Below, one piece after another: positions 13,131 to 24,950 of a stretch of DNA of 64,000 bases; positions within the stretch are counted from its first letter, which is position 1, and each line of letters starts with the position of its first letter. The notes below the pieces were generated by a model. It ran no database searches, was not told the DNA's origin, and was given only the letters and a program-made list of their open reading frames with translations. Made by a program: the position numbers and the translations under genes. Origin of the DNA: Octopus sinensis (taxonomy: Eukaryota); NCBI RefSeq assembly GCF_006345805.1, contig NC_042999.1, forward strand, positions 60,326,001 to 60,390,000. The letters run 5' to 3'.

Positions 13131-15650
13131 ATGGATGTTCACCTGTTTTTTCATGATTTAGTGTTTCTTAATCTGTTTTCTCTGTGTCTCTCCTTTACTG
13201 CTCCACCATCCCGAATGAGAAAAAGAATGTATTTTTTTTTAAAAGCAATATATTGTGCAACACTGTCAGCCTTATTGGCGATTCAAGATTAGAATCTTTA
13301 AAGCCAACGTTTGGGGAAATAAATCTCGCTAAGACCGATTAGCGACTAAGAATTATTCAAACTTGAAACCATTTTCTTCTGTGAAATCACTACTTCTCTC
13401 ATTGGAATGCTGAGATTTCCCTCAATAGATTCCCTCAGGGTAAAGAATTGCGTGTCTAAAGTACAGAATGATACAAATAACAATTGGAATGAGCATTTAT
13501 CTTTGTTCAGGTAAAAATATTGAGAGTCTTACCACTGATTTCTATCAACTGCGTTTCATAAATCAGCCATGGCTAAATACAATGAATCAGACGTTTCTGA
13601 CATGAAACAGATCTCTCCAGAAATGTTATATTTTATATTGTAATCGTTAAATCTAACTTCATACTATTTTCTGTTCAAACTCTACAGTTAGTGTCATTAT
13701 AACATAAGTATCTTTGTGAAGTCGGATTTTTTGCATGAATCGGTAAACATTTTACAGGCATTGTTTATCTAGAACATTCGTTTACAAACTTCCCTCTAGC
13801 AAGCATCTTCCTACGAATTTAAATGAGTATCCCCATGGATCTCTAGCTTTGAAAAGATTTGTGTACTCAATAATTGTAGTTTGGCTAGGAAGAACAAATT
13901 TGTTAATCACTTACATCGCTCACTTGAAGTATTTTCCTGGATACGCAACAAAATCAATAGCAATATTAAACAAAACCTTACTTGTTTAACGAGATACTGT
14001 TGTTTCGTTGATGCTATATTCTAAATTTAAATTTCAACGAAAGAGAGTTTTAAGAGTAGATTAGCTTCGAAAAAAAATACCTAGAATAAAACGCTATTCC
14101 TGTGGATTGGAATTCGATGATGAAATTTTCTAAGTTTATCTTTATCAACTGTATCATGAATAATACATTTTACATTGTAATGTTTTCAAATATTGACTTT
14201 ACCTTTCAAATATCAAGTACTACAGATATGGATTCCCAAGAGCCAGCGAATCACTGATCAAAGACTATATTATCGAGTGTGTGCTGCAGTCTTTTTTTTT
14301 CAAAAGATAGTGTAATTTGAAAATACTGCTCTTTTTTCTTATTTCTGAGTCTATCGATTATGGGATAAAGGTGGTGTGACTTTATAGGAGGTAACGTGTT
14401 TAAGGATCAAGTCGTGAGACAACGTACACAGCGTTGTCTCTTGTATCTGTCACAGTGTCTTGTATTTAGTTCGTTCACTGATGCGGCGGCCTAGATTGGT
14501 GTAGTCAAATGCCGATATGGCTCAGATGGTCTATGATTTGGGTACACTATGGCTGTAAGACGGGACATGAACAGATGCAGCGGAGACAATGAAGCCGTGG
14601 CCAGAAACAAGGGAAGCAGCAGGTGTTCTAACTACGTCAACATGCTGCGATACACCCTGGAATCATTGAACAGGGCATTAGGCTAAATTCAAACGGCTAT
14701 GTGAAACTGCTGAAAACTGTGGTCAGTCTCTGGCTGGAGAGGGTCACTGCTGGAAGGTCATATATATGACAGAAGGATTCGGCTCTTTGCTAGAATTCGG
14801 GAAACACTCAGAATTGGCGTAGGAGAATGTCCACGATTTCACCACCATCCCTAATTTCTTGTTTCTTATTTCCCCCCAATTGTAACACCATGGTACGCAT
14901 TTGAGAATGGACCAAACATTCTTCCTGCAACACAAAGGCCAAGATGGTGACCAAGATCAAGAAAGTATTGGTAGATCTCCCAGGGATACAGTTTCTGGAA
15001 CCACATTCTGGAATCGTTTTAGGCTATGGTGGAACCTGGTGGTGGCTACGTTGAGTAAACCGTCATCTTACAGATATAATCAATATCTATAAAGCTGAAA
15101 TGCGAAAAGGTTGTTTGATTTATTGGTTATTTATCTCATTTTGGGATGGGAACGGTTTGGTAGATGGGGTCGGATTGGCGCCAAAATTTACACTGGGGAT
15201 AAAATGGGGTGGGAAATGGCGTGAGGATGGTTGCAAGTCGCTCGGGACTACCGTTTGGTTGCCATGGTAAGGAATATGGTATAACAAATCACGGGTCAAA
15301 ATAGCTAGTCTAGTTAATATTTTAGATGTGAAAAAAACATTCAGTTTTGAACAAGGTAGTGTGTTTCTTCTTCCTTTATGCAACTAGCCCGAACACCGTA
15401 TAAGTAGTTAATAGTTTTCTTAAACCCCTTCGTATGGACTAAATTTACATGGGCGTGTGGGACACGTCCATCTAATCCTATATAACAAGAGCGAGAGTTT
15501 AGGGATTCCAGATCGTTTCTAACGCATGGCACCATTTTCGCTAACATTAATCTGGAGCAATACTTAGCGTAAGTTACCGCTTTTAAATCCACTGCAGGCA
15601 CAAAATCATTTCGTATAAACTTGGCGGCCACATTTTTCTATACCAGTATT
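13131..15650 (+). pseudogene. Putative decayed Toll-like/LRR receptor pseudogene 1, interrupted by a maT-like transposon
   Basis: Hand translation across frameshifts: hydrophobic start MDVHLFFHDLVFLNLFSLCLSF (13131); LRR-like NLNEYPHGSLALKRFVY/LNNCSL and HRSLEVFSWIRNKINSNIKQNLTCLTR (13816-13995); LRR-CT-like NN..LHCN..NIDF (~14160); TIR-like FEQGSVFL, VVNSFLKPL, GLNLHGR, NKS...SRSFL..WHHF (15345-15545). Confidence 0.4.
14392..15140 (+). mobile_element. Internally deleted Tc1/mariner (maT, DD37D-like) remnant
   Basis: GIRLNSNGYVKLLKTVVSLWLERVTAGRSYI*QKDSA (14676-14790), decayed WPPNSPD region, C-terminal AMVEPGGGYVE* ending at 15058; termini approximate. Confidence 0.6.
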
Positions 15651-17342
15651 TTTTCAGTCAATTAATTCAATAAATGTGTTTTTAATAGTAATGTCTATTG
15701 GTAGTGTGTATTCCTTAAATGATGGGAATGACTTTTTTCACGAAGAAATTATTCGCATTTCAACACGCAACTTCATATGTATGTATATGCATACACACGC
15801 ACATCCATCCATCCATCCATCCATCCATCCATCCATCCATCCATACATACATACATACATACATACATACATACAAGCATACATAAATACATACATACAT
15901 ACATACATATATATATACATACATATATGTATGTATATATATATATATATGCTTATAAATATACATATATGTGTGTGTATATATATATATATATATTTCT
16001 ATATATATTTCTATATACATATGTATATATAAATATATGTATGTGTATATGTATATATATGCATATACATATATATATATACACATATATATATATATAT
16101 AAATATTCATATATGTATATATACACACATACACACATATATATGTATATGTATGTAGACACATATATACATATATATGTATGTATATATATGAATATGT
16201 ATATAAATATACACACGCATCAAGTTGAAGGTATGCATAAATGTATGTATTTATGTGTGTGTATGTCTGTGTGTACGTGTGTTTGCGCGTGCGCGCGCGT
16301 GTGTCTATGCGTTTGATAGTTTAAAACATGTTTCTATTACCGCTACTGTCAATGAAGTTTGTGAACTAACTAGAATATAGTGCAAATTATTATTGAAATA
16401 CAAAAGCGAAATTACATAACAAAATACCTAGGCAATCAGGGAATTAAATCTAAATATTTAAAGCAAATATATTTGCAAATAATCGATTGAGCCAAGAACA
16501 ATAGACGTTAGATTGCTTTAAAGTAGAAATTTAATTAAAAACAATAACACTATGAAAACATTATCACTATTAAGCGTAAAAACTCCGGCAATGTGTAGTC
16601 TGACTTTCAAACAGAATTTGTATGTAATGATGTTTTCATATTGGGAACTATTATTCATTTATAGAAGAGTTGTGTAGTTTAGCTTCTCTGGAGACAGTAA
16701 AACTACTAATATACGAGGTAAATTCATGATATGTGTTTGCCAACTGGAAAATAAAATCAAGGAAACAGGGCTCTGTTTCAGATGGATAAACAAATAAGAA
16801 AAACGAATAGCAAAATTTATTTGTAGGTTGATGCATTTTTTCATTTTATTTTCGTTTACTAAATTATACTATGAAAGAGTTTGCGTATTCGATTGATGGT
16901 TATTTCGCATGAAAAAAATATTTTTTTTTTTGAAAATTGTTTCAGAGACACATATTCTAAAACACATACGAACACAAACAAGATGGCTGACGTATACTGA
17001 GATCAATGCAAAGTATGTGCGCCACATGCATACAAATATATATAAACACACATATATGCATATGTGAATACATACGCGTAAATATGCACAAATGTGTGTG
17101 AGAGTTTAAGGTATTAAACTTTTGGCCTAGAGAGGATAAATTATGAAATTCGTTTATACACATACACACGCAAGCACAAATATATGTGTGTATAGATGTA
17201 TATTATATGTATATACATTTTTACCTATACATATTTATGTGTGCAAGTATATCTATATACATATATATATATATGTATAAATATATACACAATGTGTGTA
17301 TATATATATATACATATATTTAGAAAGCAAACTCAAATACAG

Positions 17343-17404
<62 letters not shown>

Positions 17405-17967
17405 ATATATATATAATATATATATAATATATATATATACACATACATGTATAAATACATACGTATATCAGTGAGTGTGTATGTGTGGGTTTGTTGGCTC
17501 TAGGCATGTATATATGTGTGTGTGTGTAAACTATGTGTGTGTGTGTGTGTGTGTGTGTTTTCCTGAAATACATGTGCAAATCAAGAGAAACATAAACACA
17601 CCGATTCTATTGCTATGATGGAACAAAATAATCAATTGTTCTTCCTTTTGATTATTTTTTTTCCAGCACGATTCAACTTCAATTTAACTGAAACGTGTGG
17701 TATGGATTTGTTACCGAGTAATGCTTTAATCTTTACCACCAAGTCTTTGAACCCTAACTACATTGATACACAACACTCACATGTAAGTGTATGCATGTAT
17801 GTATATATATATATTTGTATCTATATACATATATACATATGTGTGTCGATAAGCACACTTATGTATATATTCACGTCTATACGACCATGAAAGAAATCAT
17901 ACTATATATATATACACAGAAACATAGTCTCACATATATGCAGATATGCACTCCTGTTTATATATAC

Positions 17968-18037
<70 letters not shown>

Positions 18038-18693
18038 ATACACACACACGTGATTACACTAATAATAATAAGATAGATATGCATAAAATTGTATGTATAT
18101 ATACAAAATTTTATGGTGATATATGAATACGTTTGCACATTCATTCTTACATACTTAAAAAGAAGCTTATATTCATGCATATACGCATACGTATGCAATG
18201 TGTGTGTGTATGTATATTTATGTATATGTGTCTCTGTGTGCTCTATGCATACGTCTATCTATATTGTGCAAGTAAGTATTCTTACGTACGTATATGCTTA
18301 TACACATAGCAAACTTAATGTATAAAATGGTGACTTTAAATGAATTTTATTTGGTACGTAAGTCTTATTAAGCGAACATGCGTGTATGTACGATGTTTTC
18401 AGAGAATATGTAAAATGTGTGGCGTAATAATGTTTTCTTACTTTATCTATTTTTGCTCCTTCAGATCAAGGGCCCTTTTCTTTTTCTGTTCCAGTTCCAG
18501 CTATAATAAAATAAATATAGTTTGCATCATGATTTCTGATTCTATCGAGTAAAAATGCTCTTACGATTGGAAACTTAACAAAGTGCCTGGTCAGAAAATG
18601 TTCAGGAGTTCCTCCGCCTTTTGACGATTCCTTGATTTGCATTTATAATAAAATAAATATAAACGAATTGTAAAAATGAAAAGAAATATACAA

Positions 18694-18857
18694 GGCGCAG
18701 GAGTGGCTGTGTGGTAAGTAGCTTGCTTACCAACCACATGGTTCCGGGTTCAGTCCCACCGCGTGGCACTTTGGGCAAGTGTCTTCTATTATAGCCTCAG
18801 GCCGACCAAAGCTTTGTGAGTGGATTTGGTAGACGGAAACTGAAAGAAGCCCGTCGT
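18694..18857 (+). mobile_element. SINE family A 5' half ending at its (TA)n
   Basis: ggcgcaggagtggctgtgtggtaagtag...gaaagaagcccgtcgtatata; 3' half absent, a PLE 3' end follows. Confidence 0.9.
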
Positions 18858-18914
18858 ATATATATATATATATATATATATATCTATACAATATGTTACA
18901 TTACTCGGTAGTCA

Positions 18915-18977
18915 AGATAAAACTCTGAGTTTCAGATGCCGAAGTGGAAATCCACAACACCATCTCTTCGGTTATCT
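18915..18977 (-). ncRNA. Candidate type-I hammerhead ribozyme (atypical core) in PLE-1 3' UTR
   Basis: agataa-CCGAAGA-gatg[22 nt]catc-t-GAAA-ctcagag-TT-ttatct: 6-bp helix I, near-palindromic helix III; U4C and one extra nucleotide before GAAA. Confidence 0.5.
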
Positions 18978-19160
18978 GGCTATTTGAAAACGTTATGAAA
19001 AAATACCGTTAAAAATGAAGGGAAATTACTCTGTTATAACTCTGCTTTGCCTGCGTACTTATACATCGCTCGCATTTTTCGTCATAAAAATACATAAAAA
19101 TATATAAAAATATATAAAAATATATAAAATCTTCTTGGGACATAACACAGAAAGCATGTT

Positions 19161-20319
19161 CTATCCGTTTTCTTTAGGGGACCAAAAACGTAACAGAAAT
19201 TTAGTCACATGTGGGCATGATCCGAAAAGCTCTGTCCTTGTATTTAGACATGTGGTAGGGTCTAAGCTGCTTTTCCAGATAAGCCATCTCTCCATGTCGC
19301 ATAAACCGCACCTTCCGCTGCCGTTAGTGTAGGGCTTACATCTGGCCAAAATCTTCCATTGTATGTTATAATCGACACCTTTATCTCTTAAAGACCAAAT
19401 ATGATTGGATAATTGTGTCGCTTTTCTTTTGTTCCAGTGCCTAAAGCTCAAACTGTGGTTATTGAACCTGGCCTTGAAATTACCCTCTGTCAGGCCCACG
19501 TATTTCTTCGTCGAAATGGTGTCTTTAGTGGTTATAGAGTTTACGGTAGCTTCATATATGATGGTCTTGGACATGCAAGCTCCATTTAGCGGGCACAATT
19601 CTTTATTCCTGCATGAACAGCTGTTTTCTTCTTGTGTTTTTTGTATGTTATGATTGATTATGTTTTTAAAATTGGTAGTTGAACTAAAACTAATTTTTAA
19701 ATTGTGTCTATTGAAGAGTTTCCTATAAGCATGGTTAACTGGAAAATGTCTATCTATCAGTGCTAGGAAATATTTACCTATATTGAAGGCCACCTCGGGT
19801 GAGTAAGGGGGTGTAAACCAGATGACCTTCCTATTTCTATTATTCCTTTTCCTTACTGTTGGGCTGGTAATAGGTGTATATTTTATTTTTTCGCTAAAAC
19901 CACTATCTTTTAAAGCTTTATTATAAACTGGGGCAACGCTATTGAAGATGTCCTCATTAGATGAGAGGCTAGAAATCCTCTTACTAATATTTTTAACTAA
20001 ATTTTTGAATACTATAGGGGGATGGCATGAACCTACATTAATATAACATAGTCTATCATTGGGCTTCCTATAAGGCTTATAAATATTATTATTAAGATCT
20101 AAGGAAACGTCTAAGAAATTGACAACCGTCAGGTTAGTGTCTATAGTTATACTAAGTCCGAAGTGTTTCATTAACTGGATAATATCCTTCCTAAAACGAT
20201 CTTGTGCTGGTCCATTTGTATTAGCTGTTAAGGCGAGGGCATCATCTTTGTAGATGGCGAAATGTACGTTAGGGAATGTCTTACCGAAGGTATCTAGGAG
20301 AAAGAGTCCAATTAGATCA
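19161..20319 (-). CDS. PLE-1 RT/GIY-YIG ORF, uninterrupted from the truncation point to the stop (~385 codons)
   Basis: IYKDDAL..VNFLDVSLDL..VIWFTPPYS..CSCRNKELCPLNGAC..IIYEATV..YVGLTEGNFKARFNNH..CGLCDMER..LNTRTELFGSCPH; the first 27 aa of track ORF 19161-20399 come from flanking SINE DNA. Confidence 0.85.
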
Positions 20320-20507
20320 CAGCCATGTGACTGCAGCCATGCTGGGGCACCACTCTGAAGGATTTTAGTCGAGCATATCGACACCAGGACTGAATTCATT
20401 TAAGCCTTGTACTTATTCTATCGGTCTTTTTTTTTGCCGAATCGCTAATTTACGGTAACGTCAACACGCCGGCACTGGTTGTCAAGCAGTGGTGGGAGAC
20501 AAACATA
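20320..20507. repeat. 188-bp direct repeat, copy 1
   Basis: Reads identical by eye to 21143-21330, including the T9 run and private SINE mutations. Confidence 0.93.
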
Positions 20508-20899
20508 TTATACTAAGGCTAGGGCACAGACATATAACGAAATTAATAAAGAAGCTAGCGTCATCGCCACTAAACTTAAATTAGATAAAAAAATAGAAAC
20601 CCTCCCCCAAAAAGAGGCCTTGGTTTACAATTAGAAGATCACGAGTTCGATCTATTTGCGTGTCATCTTGGGGAAGTATCTATTACTATAGCTTCGAGTA
20701 AACCGGAGCCTTGTGAGTAAAAATGGATTTATGGAAATCGCGCATATGCTCTCCTCTTAGATTGTGCCACATTCTTATCACACTCTGTGTCACGTTGATT
20801 GTGTCTAAGTATTCTCGTGTTCTCGTGTTATTGAATATTCAACCACTTACATATTAATTAACTGAACAGGTATTTCATTTTTGCTGATCAACTGATCAA

Positions 20900-21105
20900 C
20901 AAGGGGGTAAATACATAGGGATCAAACAAGGACAGACAAACGGATTAAGTCGAGTATATCGACCCCAGTGCGTAACTGTTACATATTTAATCGACCCCGA
21001 AAGGATGAAAGGCAAAATCGACCTCGGCGGAATTTGAACTTACAACGTAATGGCAGACGAAATACCGCTAAGCATTTCGCCCGGCATGCAAACGTTCCCG
21101 CCAAT
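20900..21105 (-). mobile_element. SINE family B
   Basis: caaacaaggacagacaaacggattaagtcga...gaccccgaaaggatgaaaggc...aatttgaact...gcatttcgcccggc. Confidence 0.85.
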
Positions 21106-21142
21106 GTCTATATACCAGATATCTTTTATCTTTTATTTTTTT

Positions 21143-21330
21143 CAGCCATGTGACTGCAGCCATGCTGGGGCACCACTCTGAAGGATTTTAGTCGAGCATA
21201 TCGACACCAGGACTGAATTCATTTAAGCCTTGTACTTATTCTATCGGTCTTTTTTTTTGCCGAATCGCTAATTTACGGTAACGTCAACACGCCGGCACTG
21301 GTTGTCAAGCAGTGGTGGGAGACAAACATA
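21143..21330. repeat. 188-bp direct repeat, copy 2 (inside a SINE-A 3' half)
   Basis: Identical to 20320-20507; retains the SINE tail atcttttatcttttatttt on its left, so is the probable donor. Confidence 0.93.
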
Positions 21331-21365
21331 GGGAAAAAATCTCAAACATACATACATATATAATT

Positions 21366-22634
21366 TCAGGTCATCCCATAAGTTCTGTCCGATTTTACCT
21401 TTTTTAAAATTGAATGAAATTTAATAGCATTTGAGAATGTCTAATGGAATTAAAAATTATATTTATGCATTTGTGTATATTTAAACTAATTAAATATTAT
21501 TTTACAGAATAATAGAATTAAAATTTCTTTGATTAAAACCCTTTCTAACAGGGAAGAATCCAAAGAGCATTTGAGGCACATAATGCTTTACGAGTAGAAA
21601 AAAGGAAACTCTGCAGCCGAAGCGACTCGAAACACATCAGTTTATGGGAAAGAATGCTTGAATGAAAGAACTTGCAGAAGATGGTTTACAAAATTCAAAA
21701 CTGGAGATTTTAGCCTTGAAGATGAAGATCGAACCGGACGTCCAGCTGAGTTTTGATGATAAGCTCCTTGAGGCATTACTTGAAGAAAATCCTGCATTAT
21801 CATTTGAGAATTGGCAATAAAGCTTAGTTCAAACCATATAACTGTTCTTCTTCATCTTCAACAACTTGGAAAGGTTCCTAAACTTGGAAAATCGGTTCCT
21901 CATTAATTGTCCGAAAGCAACCGCAAATCCCGAGGTGACATCTGCTCTTCTCTCCATTCTCGCGAGCTCATTTCACCCTTTTTGGATAGACCTGTGACTG
22001 GTGACGAAAAATGGATCTTCTATCGAAATGTTAAACGTCGTAAACAGTGGCTTGTTAAAAGGGAAAAAAACTCAACCACAACTGAGAAGGGAACTTCATG
22101 GGCAAAATGTTCTTATCTCTATCTGGTGGGATTGCAAAGGAGTAATTCACCTAATATAACAATCAATGCTCAAGTCTACTGTCAGCAATTAGAGCGTTTG
22201 AACCGAGCTTTGAAGAAAAAAGACCCGCTTTAGTGAATCAAAAATGAGTAATGTTTCATCAGGACAATGTGCGACCCCACACTGCAAAGATCACATCACA
22301 GAAGATCGAGGAGCTTGGTTGGGAAAAACTTCCTCATCCATCTTATTCTCCCGAACTTGCTCCTTCAGACTACCATTTGTTTCGTAGTTTACAGAATCAT
22401 TTAGGGGACATAACTTTCGCCAGCCAGGAGGAGGTCGAAACAGGCATTTCAAAGTTCTTCGCTTTGAAACCAATAGAGTTTTACATTGATTGGATTAAAA
22501 AGCTTGTAAATACATGGAAGAGAGTCATAGATAATCAGGGAAAGTACATTGAGGATTAAATTTCAATTAAATACAATTAATGTTCACTTGTTTTCTGTAT
22601 TCAAAATTCGGACAGAACTTATGGGATGATCTGA
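21366..22634 (+). mobile_element. Full-length mariner transposon (DD34D), 1269 bp
   Basis: TIRs tcaggtcatcccataagttctgtccgatttt and aaaattcggacagaacttatgggatgatctga; TA at the right end, left TA degraded to TT. Confidence 0.95.
21550..22559 (+). pseudogene. Mariner transposase pseudogene
   Basis: EHLRHIMLYE*KKGNSAAEA, RRWFTKFKTGDFSLEDEDRTGRP, (W)VPH, VTGDEKW, HQDNVRPH, HPSYSPELAPSDYHLFRSL, KYIED*; start codon lost, stops and frameshifts. Confidence 0.95.
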
Positions 22635-22879
22635 TATATATATGTATATATATATATTTACGAAAGGCTTCGCTCAGTATCCGTCAACCAAATCCACTCA
22701 AAAGGCTTTGGTAGGCCCGAGGCTGTAGTAGAATACATATACATAAGGCGCCATAAAGTAGGACTGAACCCAGAACCGTGTGGTTAGGAAGCAAGCTCTT
22801 TACCATCACAGTCAGGCCAGCGCATACATTTGTGCAGATTTGTATGTATATCTTTATATATTTGTTATATCAGTAGAGT

Positions 22880-24950
22880 AAATATTTGCGATTTTTAAGT
22901 ATCAAATTTAATGTAAAGTATCTTACTTCAGAATATATTCTATAAATCGATTCTACACATTTTTCTTATACGAAACACGTTTATTTATGAGCTGCCTTAG
23001 GATTTCGCGGTTTTGAATTCTCTGAATAATCGAAGCAACTGAAAACGGAAGAGTCCGTGGGAAATAGTTTTGGCATGTATACTTGATACAGCAGGCTGTT
23101 GAAGTGCAGTTCGACTAAATTCTACAGTTATTCGCGAGATACAGCCGGTCCTTTTCGGTTGAGCATACATGATATAAATGTCTTCTTGGAACGCACCATT
23201 GATTAATTTGCAATACGTTCATGGTTTGATAGTTTCGTTCTGCACCAAGAAATATTCATAGCATCCTCGGTTTGGGAAAGTGTTTGTAATTTTCATTCTG
23301 TTACTGCACCAAATGCCGTCAGTTATCGTAAAGAAACCTTTCATTTTTATTTATCAATTTTTTTTTGCTGCATGTAACAATGTGATAAAAGATATTTTAT
23401 CTTCACAGCACATAAGCTTGACACAGACAGGGTAATGACGATTACTGCAATTTTCATGCGGCTTGTGTGATACATGCGTTATTTCATTAAGATTTGCCAT
23501 AAAGGTATTACAAAGAGTAGCTTGCGGGCTGGACATATACATTGATGAGGTGAATGATGAAACAAGGATGATATTGATGAGAGAAGGCAGAAAACGCCCG
23601 CCGATTTTCTGCTTCTCTAAAACATTGTTCTTTTTTTCCATCAAAAACAACAATTATTGGACCTAATAGACCATTACAAATATATATAATAAATTATTCA
23701 ATATACACACAATCTATAAGATCAATCCTCCTCATCGGAACCCCCAAGCAAATTACACGCCGCCTGCAGGAAAGCCTGCATCGGCAGGTCGGGGCCCGGA
23801 AAGAAGAAAGCAAAATCTACCTTATTACAGGTCACCTTGACCTCGAACAGCTCCTTCTGACTCACGACGTCCGCAGCCACCTGCGGAGGCCAGTTTGGAC
23901 AGTCTATAAAAACCGAGTCCAAGCGTTCTCGGCCTGGAAGACCGTCCTTGTGTGATACATGCTTGTTAGGAGTCCTTGACTATCCAAATACGTACAAATG
24001 TCGAAAACTGTTGTATGCTACACGTTTAGGTCTTGAGATAATTATAGAATTATTTGCTTTGATCCTGCTCCAATAATAACACTCCGTTTTTCGTTGTCGC
24101 TCACAGAAGATCGTCTGTGACCTTCCTAACCTTCGGGGTTTCCCTGTGAATTATTGTAATCGATCTTAAACTGTATCAAGTTCGGCAGTCACTTGTAGGT
24201 GATTTCCATATAAAACCTTAGACGTATTTTTTCCTTGGAAATATTCTTCTCTGGGGATTTAACATGCACTTGAAACTTGAAAACAAATCCAAGCAACTAC
24301 AGGACAAGATCTGATCCGGTAGCATTCACCTTACCGGCAAATTTTCAGAAATATTATCCACTCGATTTATCTACTATCGCATTTGTTATCAATTTTCGAA
24401 TCTCTTCTGCAATTTGTTGCCTTCTTTAACAGTCTATATTATGTTACCATTTCTCTCATTTTCCGCAAAGTATATCTAACAAATATTTCTAGGTTGACTG
24501 AAAAAGTGATTTTGATTACACTGGTTACTTTAAACTACTTGCTGATTTTAGGAGATTTTGCCATTACTATATTCACATCTATTAAATTGACTATCTCTTA
24601 AGAACAAGAATAAGGTGGCGAGCTGGCAGAAACGTTAGCGCACCGGGCGAAATGTTTAGCGGTATTTCGTCTGTCGTTATGTTCTGAGTTCAAATTCCGC
24701 CGAGGTCGACTTTGCCTTTCATCCTTTTGGGGTCGATAAATCAAGTACCAGTTTTGCAACTGGGTTCATTGTGATTCCTTTGTCCTTGTTTGTCCCCTCT
24801 ATGTTTAGCCCGTTGTGGGCAGTAAAGAAATATATCTCTTAAGAACAACTGCAATAAACAAAAACATTTTCAGCTAATTAATTGTTAATGAATTTATACA
24901 TAGAGATACTCACTACGTCAAAGTAATGTTTATCCCAGGGAAGTGTGAAA
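22880..24950 (-). pseudogene. Putative decayed Toll-like/LRR receptor pseudogene 2
   Basis: Minus-strand hand translation: KVLYGNHLQ (~24219), PNLIQFKIDYNN (~24185), RVAYNSFRHL (~24024), KPHENCSNRHY (~23465, LRR-CT-like), FQEDIYIMYA (~23191) and SIHAKTISHG (~23083, TIR box1/box2-like). Confidence 0.33.
24608..24832 (+). mobile_element. SINE family B with perfect 16-bp target-site duplication
   Basis: TSD tatctcttaagaacaa at 24592-24607 and 24833-24848. Confidence 0.93.

Larger units (their letters stand above)
18886..20319 (-). mobile_element. Penelope-like retroelement PLE-1, 5'-truncated
   Basis: RT YKDD and FLDV motifs, thumb CYINVGSCHPP, C-terminal GIY-YIG endonuclease, AT-rich 3' UTR with hammerhead-like motif, abuts (TA)n. 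Confidence 0.92.
21121..22823 (-). mobile_element. SINE family A split by the mariner insertion
   Basis: 3' half at 21121-21360 and 5' half at 22635-22823, same orientation, flanking the mariner at the internal (TA)n. Confidence 0.72.

Noticed and set aside
13363-14020. Minus-strand GT-AG bounded mini-exons (13982-14020, 13915-13936, 13533-13572, 13363-13455)
   Set aside because: Joining them needs 30- and 45-nt introns, the product resembles nothing I recognise, and the plus strand gives a more coherent LRR-like reading; not excluded without RNA-seq
15341-15631. 96-aa minus ORF MAAKFIRN...
   Set aside because: GTG start, no recognisable domain, and antisense to the TIR-like remnant
20320-20399. 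Apparent N-terminus of the 412-aa PLE ORF
   Set aside because: Encoded by the duplicated SINE segment, not by the PLE
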